Assembly: GCA_902555985.1 (NCBI GenBank) | Contig: CACDUI010000001.1 | Location: 67,291-131,290 of the forward strand | Length of the DNA: 64,000 bases | From: an uncultured Candidatus Actinomarina sp. | Lineage (GTDB): Bacteria; Actinomycetota; Acidimicrobiia; Actinomarinales; Actinomarinaceae | Reading direction: 5' to 3' | Shown here: positions 48,140-58,084 of the stretch, one piece after another | Numbering within the stretch: the first letter of the stretch is position 1 | Layout of the letters: every line of letters starts with the position of its first letter | Translations under genes and position numbers: made by a program | The notes under the pieces: generated by a model | What the model saw: the letters and a program-made list of their open reading frames with translations, nothing else | Told to the model about the DNA's origin: nothing | Databases searched by the model: none

Positions 48140-49930
48140 TTAAAAGTTTTCTGCCTTCATAGCATATAGATCATCTTTTCCTGCAGTTACAGACGAAGCA
48201 TATCCTGAAGCTAATGGAAGCAGTTGTTCGATATAAAATTTTGATAATGTAATTTTATCTTTGTAAAATTCATCACCAGTTTCTTTAAACTTTTTGTTTG
48301 CAAGCATTGCGGCTTTACCCATATAGTAACCACCTAAGACTTGTCCAAACATTTTTAAGTAAGGTGTTGCACCTGAACTCGCATCAACTAATTCTCCTTC
48401 AAGCAGCTTAGAACCTAACCATAAAGTTATTTCAGAAAGTGTATTTACTTCTTTTTCTAGCTTTTCAGCCATTAAAACTATATCTTCATCATCTTTTTTC
48501 ATTTCTTCAATAACTTTATTCACATCTGAAAGGAGCCTTTGCATGGCTTGACCATTATCTAAAGGAAGTTTTCTAAACATTAGATCTAGTGCTTGAATAC
48601 CATTAGTTCCTTCATAAATTGGAGCAATTCTTGCATCTCGTAAATACTGGGCTACTCCTGTTTCTTCCACATATCCCATACCACCATAGACTTGAATCGC
48701 TATATTAGATAATTCAACTCCAAGGTCAGATATCCAGGCTTTTGTGATTGGTGTTAAAATACCACACCTTTCTTCACCAAAGGACTTCATTTCTTCATCT
48801 TCTCCAAAATATTCAACATCAAGCATTAATTGATTGTCATACATTAAATATCTCATTGCATCAACATAAGCCTTTATTGTCATCAACATTCTTCTGACAT
48901 CCGCATGGTCAATAATTGTTGAATTTTTAGCATCTTCTTTTGACATTCCTACAGGCCTGCCTTGTACTCTATCTCTTGCATATTGAGCAGCACCTTGTAA
49001 AGAACCTGAAGCACAAGCTAGACCTTGTCCCCCTACCCACACACGAGCTTCGTTCATCATGGTAAACATGTAATTAAGACCTCTATTTTCTTCACCAACT
49101 AAATATCCAACTGAGCCATCATATTCCATTACACAAGTAGGGCTTGCATGTATTCCTAATTTTTCTTCTATAGATATACAACTTACGTTGTTTGACTCGC
49201 CAACAGACCCATCATCATTAACAATATTTTTAGGAACAATAAACATAGATATACCTTTAGTACCTTCAGGAGATCCAGGAACCTTAGCCAAGACAAGATG
49301 AATTATATTTTCTGTCATGTTGTGTTCGCCAAATGTGATCCAAACTTTTGTACCAGTAATTTTGTAAGAACCATCATCTTGAGGTTCAGCTTTTGTAGTA
49401 ATCGTTCCAAGATCTGAACCAGATTGAGGTTCACTTAAGTTCATTGTTCCAGTCCACTCACCCGAAACAAGTTTTGGTAAAAATTTATCTTTTTGCTCCT
49501 GGCTTCCATGAAAATTTATTGCAGAAATTGCACCTGCACTTAATCCTGGAGCAAGACCGAAGGCTAAATTTGCTGTACTTAATATTTCTAATGTTCCCCC
49601 AGATAGGGAAATTGGCATTCCGCCACCACCAATTTCAGATGGAAGAGAAATTGAAGCCCACCCTGCTTCAGAAAATTTTTTATATGCATCTACAAACTCT
49701 TCAGGCATTGTAACAACACCATCTTGGATAGTCGCACCTTGCTGGTCTCCGATTGCATTAATTGGTGCAAGAACTTCTTCTGAGAATTTAGCACACTCTT
49801 CCATTGTTGGAACAACAATATCCTCTGAGAAATCACTAAATGCAGAAATTTTATTTAAAACATTGTACGAATCAATAACTTCGTATCCAAATACAATATC
49901 TTTAACTGGAGCTTTATATGGAACTGCCAT
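48140..49930 (-). CDS. Long acyl-CoA dehydrogenase (AidB/FadE-type, with C-terminal extension domain)
   Basis: 596 aa with ACAD N-terminal, middle beta-barrel and C-terminal helical domains. An extra C-terminal region is typical of long ACADs. Confidence 0.85.
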   Translation of the reverse strand: MAVPYKAPVKDIVFGYEVIDSYNVLNKISAFSDFSEDIVVPTMEECAKFSEEVLAPINAIGDQQGATIQDGVVTMPEEFVDAYKKFSEAGWASISLPSEIGGGGMPISLSGGTLEILSTANLAFGLAPGLSAGAISAINFHGSQEQKDKFLPKLVSGEWTGTMNLSEPQSGSDLGTITTKAEPQDDGSYKITGTKVWITFGEHNMTENIIHLVLAKVPGSPEGTKGISMFIVPKNIVNDDGSVGESNNVSCISIEEKLGIHASPTCVMEYDGSVGYLVGEENRGLNYMFTMMNEARVWVGGQGLACASGSLQGAAQYARDRVQGRPVGMSKEDAKNSTIIDHADVRRMLMTIKAYVDAMRYLMYDNQLMLDVEYFGEDEEMKSFGEERCGILTPITKAWISDLGVELSNIAIQVYGGMGYVEETGVAQYLRDARIAPIYEGTNGIQALDLMFRKLPLDNGQAMQRLLSDVNKVIEEMKKDDEDIVLMAEKLEKEVNTLSEITLWLGSKLLEGELVDASSGATPYLKMFGQVLGGYYMGKAAMLANKKFKETGDEFYKDKITLSKFYIEQLLPLASGYASSVTAGKDDLYAMKAENF

Positions 49931-49971
49931 AAGTAATTATATTAGTAGATTTTTTTGAAAAGTATAAATTG

Positions 49972-50823
49972 CTATCGGAGGTTTACGTCAACGAGTGATG
50001 ATATTTCTTGAATTTTTTCTAAGGTTGGTTTTTCATTTGTGCCAGCTATTATAGCTCCTGCCGCACATGCATTTTTAATAGTAGGTATTAAATCGTTGAT
50101 ACCAAACGCAGCAATATAAGCAGCTGTTGCATCTCCCGCACCAGTTGAGTTAATAGTTTTAAAATCAGGAGGTACAATTTCTATGTTGCCTTCTGAGCTA
50201 ATTAGTCTTGCAGGCAGGCTTGATGATGTTAATAGTATATATTTTACTCTCTTAGTTTCAATTAAATCATTTGCTTGCTTTACAGTAATTTCATCTTTGC
50301 TAACTATTAAAAAATCTAATTTATAGTTAATTTCATATTGGTAACCAGCCTGGCATATAAATAAATTAGTTTCATTTTTGAGATTTTTGAGATCATCCTT
50401 AATAAATTGGATTGAATATCTATCTAAAATAAGAGAATCAAAATTATTTAAATTTTCTAAACTACTCCACTTGAGCGCTTCATAACCTGAGGAAACAATA
50501 GTTCTTTCACCAGAAGAGTCAACAAAAATAGAGCATGTGGGAGTAGATGTATCATTAATAATTACATCGTCATATTGAATATTATTTTGCTTTAAATGAT
50601 TAACTAAAAATATACCCATAGGATCATTACCAATGCTGTTTCCCCTTACATGCACAGGCTTATTCCAGAGAGCTATAAGTTCTGAACAATTTATTGCCGT
50701 TCCACCTGCTCTTATTTTTGAGCTATAGCTTCTAATGTCGTCACCTCGATTAGGTAACTTATCAACGAAGTAAATTAAATCAGGATTTAATGTGCCAAAG
50801 CAAAGAATATTATTAAAAGACAT
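49972..50823 (-). CDS. PfkB-family (ribokinase-like) sugar/nucleoside kinase
   Basis: GAGDATAAY anion-hole/catalytic Asp motif near the C-terminus. 283 aa. Confidence 0.75.
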   Translation of the reverse strand: MSFNNILCFGTLNPDLIYFVDKLPNRGDDIRSYSSKIRAGGTAINCSELIALWNKPVHVRGNSIGNDPMGIFLVNHLKQNNIQYDDVIINDTSTPTCSIFVDSSGERTIVSSGYEALKWSSLENLNNFDSLILDRYSIQFIKDDLKNLKNETNLFICQAGYQYEINYKLDFLIVSKDEITVKQANDLIETKRVKYILLTSSSLPARLISSEGNIEIVPPDFKTINSTGAGDATAAYIAAFGINDLIPTIKNACAAGAIIAGTNEKPTLEKIQEISSLVDVNLR

Positions 50824-50842
50824 AAAAAAATAGTAGGTTTAG

Positions 50843-52810
50843 CTACACAAGTCCACTAATTATTGCACCTGCAACCAGGATTGCGACATAACTAAACAAA
50901 CCGCCGACTATAGCAGCTAGTTTCATACTCCGAGAAATTGCACTAGGTCCGACAAGATGGTAAACCAAAACTCCAAAAAATGGAACAAGGTAAACAACAC
51001 CTAACCAAACGTATTTCATACTTCCGTTGACTCTTTCATTAGAGTCAATGTCTTTTATTGCCAAAGCAGCCCATGCAGCGTACAACACAAACGGCATTAA
51101 ATATCCGTAAAGTTGAAATAGTAGCTGCCATATTGTTGGGCTTGAAATTGGTACTCCGCTCATAATTATCTCCTTTTCAGCATTGTAGTAATTTTCTAAA
51201 TTCTCGTTAAGTAAGTTTGTCGGCACCTGGATTGATTCAAGATCAGGTACATAAAATAAATTTATTGCTGGTGAAGGTTTATTTAAATCATCGAATTGCA
51301 TGTTTTTTTGCTCTTTTGGCCATGGATATTCTTTGTACTTATTCTTATCAAGTTCAGTTGTTTGTGCATCCGCAAAAAATCCAGCAAGCATCATTAAACC
51401 AGAAGGGTCACCCTGGAGAGGAAACCTTGCAATAACATTCGAAGAATCTATAGATGAGCAGTTATGAAGTTGTTCTAGAAGAGGCGGCGTGCTTGTTTGA
51501 TATATATTATTTTCAAAACAGTTACCTGGACCCCATGGACCTGCAAGCGCTAAGTCTGTATATCCAGAATCTAAAACAACGTTGTTTTTAACACTTACAT
51601 GTTGTGAAAAATATAAATTTGCATCCAACATAGGACTTGCAACTATTCCATATCTGTCATGATTAACGACCAAATTTTTCTCTATTATATCGCCAACCCT
51701 TCCAGGCACTACAATCCCCATTCCTTTTGCGACAACACCAAATCTATTTGTTGGAGCATCATAATTATTATTATCTATAACCAGATTTCCAACAATTGTA
51801 GTTTCTCTTCCAGGTGGATTTAGTTCTGAGTCGAGTGTATTTGGTACGATTCCCGACATGTTATCTCTCCAAATATTATTGTATAAATATAAATGACCAC
51901 CAGCATTTGTTCCTGAATAACCCAATGCATTACCCTCTACAACATTGTCATAAATTAAAGAATTACAAGGGTAACATTGTCCAATGTAGATTCCACTATC
52001 TGGATGTCCGGATGCATAAACATTGTCAAAGACTCCATCGGTAGAATTAAATGCGTAAACCCCATAATCTCCATTGTTGTAAACAGTTAAGTAAGAACCT
52101 TTAAAACCCTTTGATGTATTCCAATACACTCCATTTAAAGTAAAATTTCTCACAGATAAATTTTCAACGGCTACACCATCTGTTTCATATATCTGTATTC
52201 CATTTTCACTCATAAACTGACCATCAATAATCACTTTGTTTCTATCTGTACCCCGAAGTGTTATATAGGATGTAGTCACTGTTACGCTTTCGTTATAGAC
52301 ACCAGGCCCTATAAGTACCAAGTCTCCTGTACCTGCATCATCAACTGCATCCTGTATTTTTGTGTACTGTTCGTTTTTACCAACTTTTAGCACATTGTCA
52401 CTTAAGGTCACCTCGGCAACTTCTTCCGTGACTACGTAATCTACATCACCTACAACTATGGTGCCAACCATACCTTTATTATTTGTTCCATGATATGGAC
52501 AATAATATTCATATATGCCTGGCTCATCAAAAGTATGCTCATACTGATCACCCTTAGTGATGATTCCATAATCAAAATAGTCTGATGAAATTGCCTGCCA
52601 TGACCCATCACTAGCAATCACATTATGATCGTTTGCTCCTCCGGATTCCCAAATTACGGTTGTACCTGGCTCAACATACAAAACTCTTGGTGAAAACTCA
52701 TCATCAACGACTTTTACAATTTGTGGATCAAGACCTGCAGCTTCTTCAGAGCCACAGGCAAATAGGAATAATAGCATTGAAAGAGACAGAACTCTTAAAA
52801 ATCTAGACAT
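50843..52810 (-). CDS. Putative lipoprotein: cupredoxin (type-1 copper) domain + right-handed parallel beta-helix (NosD-like) + C-terminal 2-3 TM PLDc_N-like anchor
   Basis: Signal peptide ending LFLFACGS. Candidate T1-Cu ligands are the His in NDHNV and the Cys/His/Met of YYCPYHGTNNKGM. Central region holds repeated G/N/V-rich beta-helix turns. The tail WLGVVYLVPFFGVLVYHLVG resembles the PLDc_N membrane domain. Confidence 0.55.
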   Translation of the reverse strand: MSRFLRVLSLSMLLFLFACGSEEAAGLDPQIVKVVDDEFSPRVLYVEPGTTVIWESGGANDHNVIASDGSWQAISSDYFDYGIITKGDQYEHTFDEPGIYEYYCPYHGTNNKGMVGTIVVGDVDYVVTEEVAEVTLSDNVLKVGKNEQYTKIQDAVDDAGTGDLVLIGPGVYNESVTVTTSYITLRGTDRNKVIIDGQFMSENGIQIYETDGVAVENLSVRNFTLNGVYWNTSKGFKGSYLTVYNNGDYGVYAFNSTDGVFDNVYASGHPDSGIYIGQCYPCNSLIYDNVVEGNALGYSGTNAGGHLYLYNNIWRDNMSGIVPNTLDSELNPPGRETTIVGNLVIDNNNYDAPTNRFGVVAKGMGIVVPGRVGDIIEKNLVVNHDRYGIVASPMLDANLYFSQHVSVKNNVVLDSGYTDLALAGPWGPGNCFENNIYQTSTPPLLEQLHNCSSIDSSNVIARFPLQGDPSGLMMLAGFFADAQTTELDKNKYKEYPWPKEQKNMQFDDLNKPSPAINLFYVPDLESIQVPTNLLNENLENYYNAEKEIIMSGVPISSPTIWQLLFQLYGYLMPFVLYAAWAALAIKDIDSNERVNGSMKYVWLGVVYLVPFFGVLVYHLVGPSAISRSMKLAAIVGGLFSYVAILVAGAIISGLV

Positions 52811-52971
52811 ACCAAATTTTACCCCGCTATTTTTTACCAGTCCATTTAAAAGTAATTTTAGATATTTTTTACTATCCTCTGATTGTGGATCAAAAAAGAT
52901 ACCCAGTTCAGAAAAAACAGTGAGTCTGCCCTAAGTGCGAATCTACTAGTTTTTCAGAAGACACTGTTACG

Positions 52972-53115
52972 ATGACAGGCAAAACTTGGTCACGTTTTAT
53001 GAATATTCAAAATCGAAAATTTATAGCAATCACTTGTTCAAATTGCCAATATACAGAGTTCTATAAAGGTACATCTAAGGGTTGGGAAAGCGTCATTGAT
53101 TTTCTAGGAAATTAG
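52972..53115 (+). CDS. Possible small ORF (47 aa, one CxxC), hypothetical
   Basis: MTGKTWSRFMNIQNRKFIAITCSNCQYTEFYKGTSKGWESVIDFLGN, in a 333-bp gap between two minus-strand genes. No RBS and no homology recognised. Confidence 0.2.
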   Translation: MTGKTWSRFMNIQNRKFIAITCSNCQYTEFYKGTSKGWESVIDFLGN

Positions 53116-53143
53116 ATTATTTAATTTTTATATAAAACTTAAT

Positions 53144-53995
53144 TTATAAAGCTTGAATCCAATCTTCAGGATTGTCATCAACAAAAAAGTCTGAAACCAG
53201 AGTTGCTTCTGGATCAATCGCGTACTGATCAAAATCTGTAATACCTTCTTCTTCTAAAACATCTTGATCTAAAAAGAAATTACCTGTACATGTTGAAGAA
53301 TCTCTCTTTAATACTGCATAAGCAGCATCTGCATAAATAGATGGCTTTCTAGATCCTTTTACCAACTCTTCACCAATTACATTTCTGACAGCGGCAGTAT
53401 CAAGCGAGGTTCTTGGCCAAAGGCAATTAGACGCTACATTCTGTTTTCCAAGTTCTTCAGCTAAGCCATGAGCAACAAGTGACATTCCGTATTTTGCTGT
53501 TGTATAAGCTAATGTAATTCCAAACCACTTTCTTGATATATCAAGCGGCGGGGAAAGGGTTAAGATATGGGAATTATCGCCCTTTATTAAATGAGGAATA
53601 CATTTTTGACTAAGCATGAATGTTCCTCGAACATTAATGTTGTGCATTAAGTCATATCTTTTCATTGGAGTATTGATTGTATCGGTTAAATGAATAGCAC
53701 TTGCATTATTGATACAAATATCGATACCGCCAAATTTGCTCGCAGTTTCTTCAACAGCAGCTTCTACTTGCTCTTCGTATCTAATATCACAAACTATCGG
53801 AAGAGCAGTTCCTCCTACTTCCTCAATTTCTTTTGCAGCTGTAAAAATAGTACCTGGAAGTGTAGGATGTGGCTCAGTTGTTTTCGCTAGTATTGCAATA
53901 TTTGCACCATCTCTTCCTAATGCTTTTGCAATTTCAAGACCCACACCACGTGAGCCTCCACTCATTATTACTGTTTTGTTTTTAAAATATGTCAT
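53144..53995 (-). CDS. Short-chain dehydrogenase/reductase (SDR)
   Basis: SGGSRGVGLEIA cofactor motif and the YTTAKYG catalytic YxxxK. Confidence 0.85.
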   Translation of the reverse strand: MTYFKNKTVIMSGGSRGVGLEIAKALGRDGANIAILAKTTEPHPTLPGTIFTAAKEIEEVGGTALPIVCDIRYEEQVEAAVEETASKFGGIDICINNASAIHLTDTINTPMKRYDLMHNINVRGTFMLSQKCIPHLIKGDNSHILTLSPPLDISRKWFGITLAYTTAKYGMSLVAHGLAEELGKQNVASNCLWPRTSLDTAAVRNVIGEELVKGSRKPSIYADAAYAVLKRDSSTCTGNFFLDQDVLEEEGITDFDQYAIDPEATLVSDFFVDDNPEDWIQAL

Positions 53996-54007
53996 TTTTA
54001 TATTCTA

Positions 54008-55267
54008 TTAAAATTGTGCATTCTCTGTAGAGTCTTTTTCTGAAAGTAATTCCGAGTCATCTCCAAGCAAAGCTTCACCAATTTTTTCATAATAGTTTCC
54101 ACCAACTTCTTGCTGATGTCTCATTCCTGTATAGCCATCTTTGGACAGGTCTTTTTCAAATTGTTGTAATTCAATTATGGCATTCATATTTCCACCCTTG
54201 TATTTATTTGCTAGATCATACATAGAACTAGCTAGGGAGTGAAACCCTGCAAGCGAAACAAATTGAAGTTTATAACCATAATCATTTAGATTATTTTGAA
54301 AATTTTCAACTTCTTCTTTAGTAAATTTATCTAACCAATTGAAAGACGGAGAGCAATTGTAAGCAAGAATTTTATTAGGAAAAGATTTCTTAATTTCATC
54401 AGCAAACTCTTTAGCAAATCCTAAATCAGGGGTATTTGTCTCGCACCAAATGACATCAGCATACTCGGCATAGCTTAATGATTTAGAGATGGCCATCTCA
54501 TTATTATTTTCAATTAAAAAATAACCATCAGAAGTTCTTTTTTTACTTAAAAATTCCCTGTCTCTATCATCGAAATCTGATGTCATTAATTTTGCATTTA
54601 GTGCATCCGTTCTTGCGATAATAACTATTGGTATACCTGCAACATCTGATGCAAGTCTTGCAGAATTTAATTTTTTAATATATTCATGAGTTGGTATAAC
54701 AACTTTTCCACCAACATGGCCACATTTTTTTTCTGAAGCAAGTTGATCTTCAAAATGAATTCCTGATACGCCAGCATCTATAAATTGATTAGTAAGTTCG
54801 AATACATTATAAATTCCACCAAATCCCGACTCTCCGTCAGCAACAATTGGAGGCAACTTATCTTTGTTGAGTTCTGCCATTCTTCTGAGTAAAGTATTGT
54901 TTATTTTTTTTACAAAATTTGGAGTACTGTTTGAAGGGTAAAGAGATAAGTCTGGATAGGTGTTTGTACCTATATTGCTCTCTGCTGCAACTTGCCAACC
55001 ACTGACATAAATAATTTCATAATCAAGATGAAACATTTGAAGTGCTTGTTGTACTGTCGCAGCGCCTAGTCCAGAAACCCAAGAATCGTGTCTGTTAAGA
55101 AGGTCTAAAAGTGACTTGGATCCTATTTCAGATAAAGAGTGTTCAACTTTAAATGAAGGCCTTAAAGAACAAATATCGCTCGCAGAGTATTCTCTCTTTA
55201 CACTAGACCATGTATCAGATGCTAAATATTCTTCTACTGTTTTTATATCATTAAAAATTTGATTCAT
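54008..55267 (-). CDS. aceA: Isocitrate lyase. Start probably at MNQIFNDIK... rather than ORF-track 55300
   Basis: KKCGHVGGK active-site signature. About 419 aa. The later start removes the overlap with the upstream gene. Confidence 0.88.
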   Translation of the reverse strand: MNQIFNDIKTVEEYLASDTWSSVKREYSASDICSLRPSFKVEHSLSEIGSKSLLDLLNRHDSWVSGLGAATVQQALQMFHLDYEIIYVSGWQVAAESNIGTNTYPDLSLYPSNSTPNFVKKINNTLLRRMAELNKDKLPPIVADGESGFGGIYNVFELTNQFIDAGVSGIHFEDQLASEKKCGHVGGKVVIPTHEYIKKLNSARLASDVAGIPIVIIARTDALNAKLMTSDFDDRDREFLSKKRTSDGYFLIENNNEMAISKSLSYAEYADVIWCETNTPDLGFAKEFADEIKKSFPNKILAYNCSPSFNWLDKFTKEEVENFQNNLNDYGYKLQFVSLAGFHSLASSMYDLANKYKGGNMNAIIELQQFEKDLSKDGYTGMRHQQEVGGNYYEKIGEALLGDDSELLSEKDSTENAQF

Positions 55268-55271
55268 AAAT

Positions 55272-56393
55272 TTAGTGTTGGCTTGCTGCCACACTAGCAA
55301 TTATCACAATAAGAGTCAATACACCTGCGGATGCGATCACAACTTCACTTCTTGTAATTTTTATCTTCGGTGCTGCGCTCATGGCACTTGCAAATAACAA
55401 GATTGCAGCTGAAATAATCAATGCAAAAAGCGGAGCATATTCATGAAAGTTTAAGAATACTTGAGCAATGGCCACAGCAATTAAACCACCAACAACTATT
55501 GATCCCATTGGAATCATAATTGACCCAACAATTCTTTGACGTATTTTCTGGGCTTCATTATCTTCATACTCCTCTAAGCCCTTTGGAACGCCTAAGATCA
55601 TTGTAAATACAGAAATAGCAGCTTGAACAAAAGTTGACAGAATAACAACTCTCCAAAAAGTACCTCCGACTGTAATTAAATTTATTACAGGGTCTTCTGG
55701 CAAGATTGGCTCTATAGTTTGGCCAATGGTGTTTATTATAAGAAACGCTGTTGAAGATCCAAATAGTAACCCCAAACCTCCACCAGTAAATATTGATTCT
55801 CTGTCAGTAGTCAATATTCCAAAACCATCGTAACTTGAATCTAAAAACTTTTTAATATTTAATGAATTAAGTGTCCCAAGAAAACTTGTTGATAGAGAAA
55901 TAATTAATACAAATGATAAGGTGTTGTATTCAGCTATTAATTTTTGTGTTTCAGCTTCAAGTATTAGTCCATCATAAAGATAGGAGCTAGAAAGTAGGCC
56001 TTGAACAAATCCTGCAATGACACCAAAACCTAAACCAAATTTTAGAGATTTTAGAACTTTTTCGCCAATACCAACAGGTGGGGGTAAGTCCTCTTTTATT
56101 AAGACTTCAGTTTGAATAGATGGTGCTGTAATTTCAGGTTCAACCTCTTCTATTTTTTCTTCTATAATTTCCTCTGAAAAACTTGGAGATTGTTCTTCTA
56201 TAGTTGCCACTTCAGTTTCCGGTTCAGTTGTTGTGCTTGGCGAAGCTTGGATAGCTTCTCCACCAGTCCAACTATTTAGTACGTCATCTGTAGAAACACC
56301 AGATGCTTCTGCTCTAGCTTGAGCAGATCTTGAAACGAGCATTTGTGGGATACCACTGCTTGTACTGATTTGTTCTACTAGTTTTTCGTCCAT
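55272..56393 (-). CDS. Membrane protein with acidic/Pro-rich N-terminal soluble region (hypothetical), directly downstream of the oxidase cluster
   Basis: 373 aa. Low-complexity E/T/P-rich linker followed by about six TM helices. 18-bp gap after the preceding gene. Confidence 0.35.
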   Translation of the reverse strand: MDEKLVEQISTSSGIPQMLVSRSAQARAEASGVSTDDVLNSWTGGEAIQASPSTTTEPETEVATIEEQSPSFSEEIIEEKIEEVEPEITAPSIQTEVLIKEDLPPPVGIGEKVLKSLKFGLGFGVIAGFVQGLLSSSYLYDGLILEAETQKLIAEYNTLSFVLIISLSTSFLGTLNSLNIKKFLDSSYDGFGILTTDRESIFTGGGLGLLFGSSTAFLIINTIGQTIEPILPEDPVINLITVGGTFWRVVILSTFVQAAISVFTMILGVPKGLEEYEDNEAQKIRQRIVGSIMIPMGSIVVGGLIAVAIAQVFLNFHEYAPLFALIISAAILLFASAMSAAPKIKITRSEVVIASAGVLTLIVIIASVAASQH

Positions 56394-56411
56394 AATAAAA
56401 TCTATATAATT

Positions 56412-57191
56412 CTAGTCATTTGAGTTGTTTCTAACTACATCATCAAACGTTTTTTCATCTTGGTACCACCTCATCCAAATAACTAAGATAGAAACCCATA
56501 AAATGATTCCACCACCAAGTTTTAAAATTAAACCTGCCAATGTTTGGTCATTAATTACTGAAATGTTAAATATGTTGTCACTCATAATATAAGCAGAGTA
56601 AAGTGGTTCGGTGCCAAAAGCTAGAAAACTCGCAGGTATTGTTGGTAATAAAGACTGAAGAAATAAGTATGCTATTTTTGCAGCAGAGTTAATAGGCCTA
56701 ATCTCTTCATTAAATCCAATTACAGGTACCCACATATTTAGTGAGACTAAAAGCATTATTGAATGTATAAAGAAGTGGGCAACAGTATTGGTAACCATTA
56801 AATTTACAACAGATGACCAATGCATTCCAACCATTACAAAGTTAAACAAAAAAAATGCAACTACAGGTTTAGAAGTTATTTTTAATATTTTGATAAATGG
56901 TTTAACTGAAATAAGCTCTTTCATTTCTTTATGCATACCCATTAATAAAAGTGGAGGGGACACTAATGCAAGGACAAGATGTTCTACTGAATGAACAGAA
57001 AATAGATACTTTTCTCCAATATCATGTATTGGGTAATCAGTAAATATCCAAAGCACTACTAGTCCCGAGTACCAGGTTTTTCTCTTTGGTTTTTTTATAT
57101 GATCTTTATTAGTAGTGAATTCAAAGAAAACAACAAGGGTAACAATTAATGCCCATACGTCATAGTGAGGATGCCATGTTAAGTTTTCCAT
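56412..57191 (-). CDS. Polytopic membrane protein, candidate caa3-type oxidase assembly factor (CtaG/Caa3_CtaG-like)
   Basis: 259 aa, 6-7 TM helices, last gene of the ctaC-ctaD-ctaE-subunit IV string. Assignment by position and topology only. Confidence 0.4.
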   Translation of the reverse strand: MENLTWHPHYDVWALIVTLVVFFEFTTNKDHIKKPKRKTWYSGLVVLWIFTDYPIHDIGEKYLFSVHSVEHLVLALVSPPLLLMGMHKEMKELISVKPFIKILKITSKPVVAFFLFNFVMVGMHWSSVVNLMVTNTVAHFFIHSIMLLVSLNMWVPVIGFNEEIRPINSAAKIAYLFLQSLLPTIPASFLAFGTEPLYSAYIMSDNIFNISVINDQTLAGLILKLGGGIILWVSILVIWMRWYQDEKTFDDVVRNNSND

Positions 57192-57198
57192 TTATATT

Positions 57199-57498
57199 CT
57201 AAGAATAATTCGCTGACGCTCTTTCCAACATTACAATAGTGAAAAGTATTAATGCCAATATCATACCGCCAATAAAGAATCTATTAACTGTTTTATTTTC
57301 ATATCGTAAATGCATGAACCAACCAACGACAATTATAAATTTACCAATTGCAAGAAAGATTAAAAGGGGATCAGTGAACACACCAACAATGTCTTCTGTG
57401 TAGTAAAGAGCAATTTCAATTGCTGTTAAAATACCAAGGACAATTGCTATTTGAACATATTTTTTTGGTGTTGGGTGCTCTAAGTGATTTTCAGACAT
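57199..57498 (-). CDS. Cytochrome c oxidase small subunit IV-like (bacterial COX4/CtaF-like)
   Basis: 99 aa, three hydrophobic helices, immediately after ctaE (1-bp gap). Confidence 0.45.
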   Translation of the reverse strand: MSENHLEHPTPKKYVQIAIVLGILTAIEIALYYTEDIVGVFTDPLLIFLAIGKFIIVVGWFMHLRYENKTVNRFFIGGMILALILFTIVMLERASANYS

Positions 57499-57499
57499 A

Positions 57500-58084
57500 T
57501 TAAATTAAATAAACTACAGTAAACAACACTATCCATACAATATCAACAAAGTGCCAATACAGAGCAACAAATTCGAGATTCATGCCTCCTTCAAGAGTCA
57601 AACCTTTTTGTCGTTGACCAATCCCCCAAAGCGCAAGAAGCAGAACAACACCAACAAATACATGTAAGCCGTGGAAGCCTGTTAGTACGTAAAAAGATGA
57701 ACTAAAAATATTTGTGGAGAGTTCAAAACCTTTGTGATAAAACTCAGTGAATTCATATATTTGACCAGCTAGAAATACCGCCCCAAGCATAGCTGTTGCA
57801 AGAAGCCACACCCTTGTCTTTTCTTGATCATTTGCTTCCAAAGCATTGTGAGCCAGAACCATAGTCAATGAGCTCATTAATAATATAAATGAGCTAATGG
57901 AGGTAAACGGAATATCGTATACATCTGTTAATTTCATTCCTGGGAAGTCACTGCCTTTAAAAATCATAAAGGTTGTAATTAGTGTTCCAAAAAACAATAT
58001 TTCTGTAGATAAGAAAACCCAGAAGCCAAGTTTTCTTGTTTCAACACCAGTTGGTTCATGCGGGTAAGCGTGTGAGCTACTCAT
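57500..58084 (-). CDS. ctaE: Cytochrome c oxidase subunit III
   Basis: 194 aa, 5 TM helices with conserved subunit III blocks (GFHGLHVFVGVVLL, WHFVDIVW). Confidence 0.88.
   Translation of the reverse strand: MSSSHAYPHEPTGVETRKLGFWVFLSTEILFFGTLITTFMIFKGSDFPGMKLTDVYDIPFTSISSFILLMSSLTMVLAHNALEANDQEKTRVWLLATAMLGAVFLAGQIYEFTEFYHKGFELSTNIFSSSFYVLTGFHGLHVFVGVVLLLALWGIGQRQKGLTLEGGMNLEFVALYWHFVDIVWIVLFTVVYLI

Noticed and set aside
55268-55300. Longer aceA start overlapping the upstream membrane-protein gene
   Set aside because: Isocitrate lyase N-termini align from the downstream Met (MNQIFNDIK...). The extension is only needed by longest-ORF logic.
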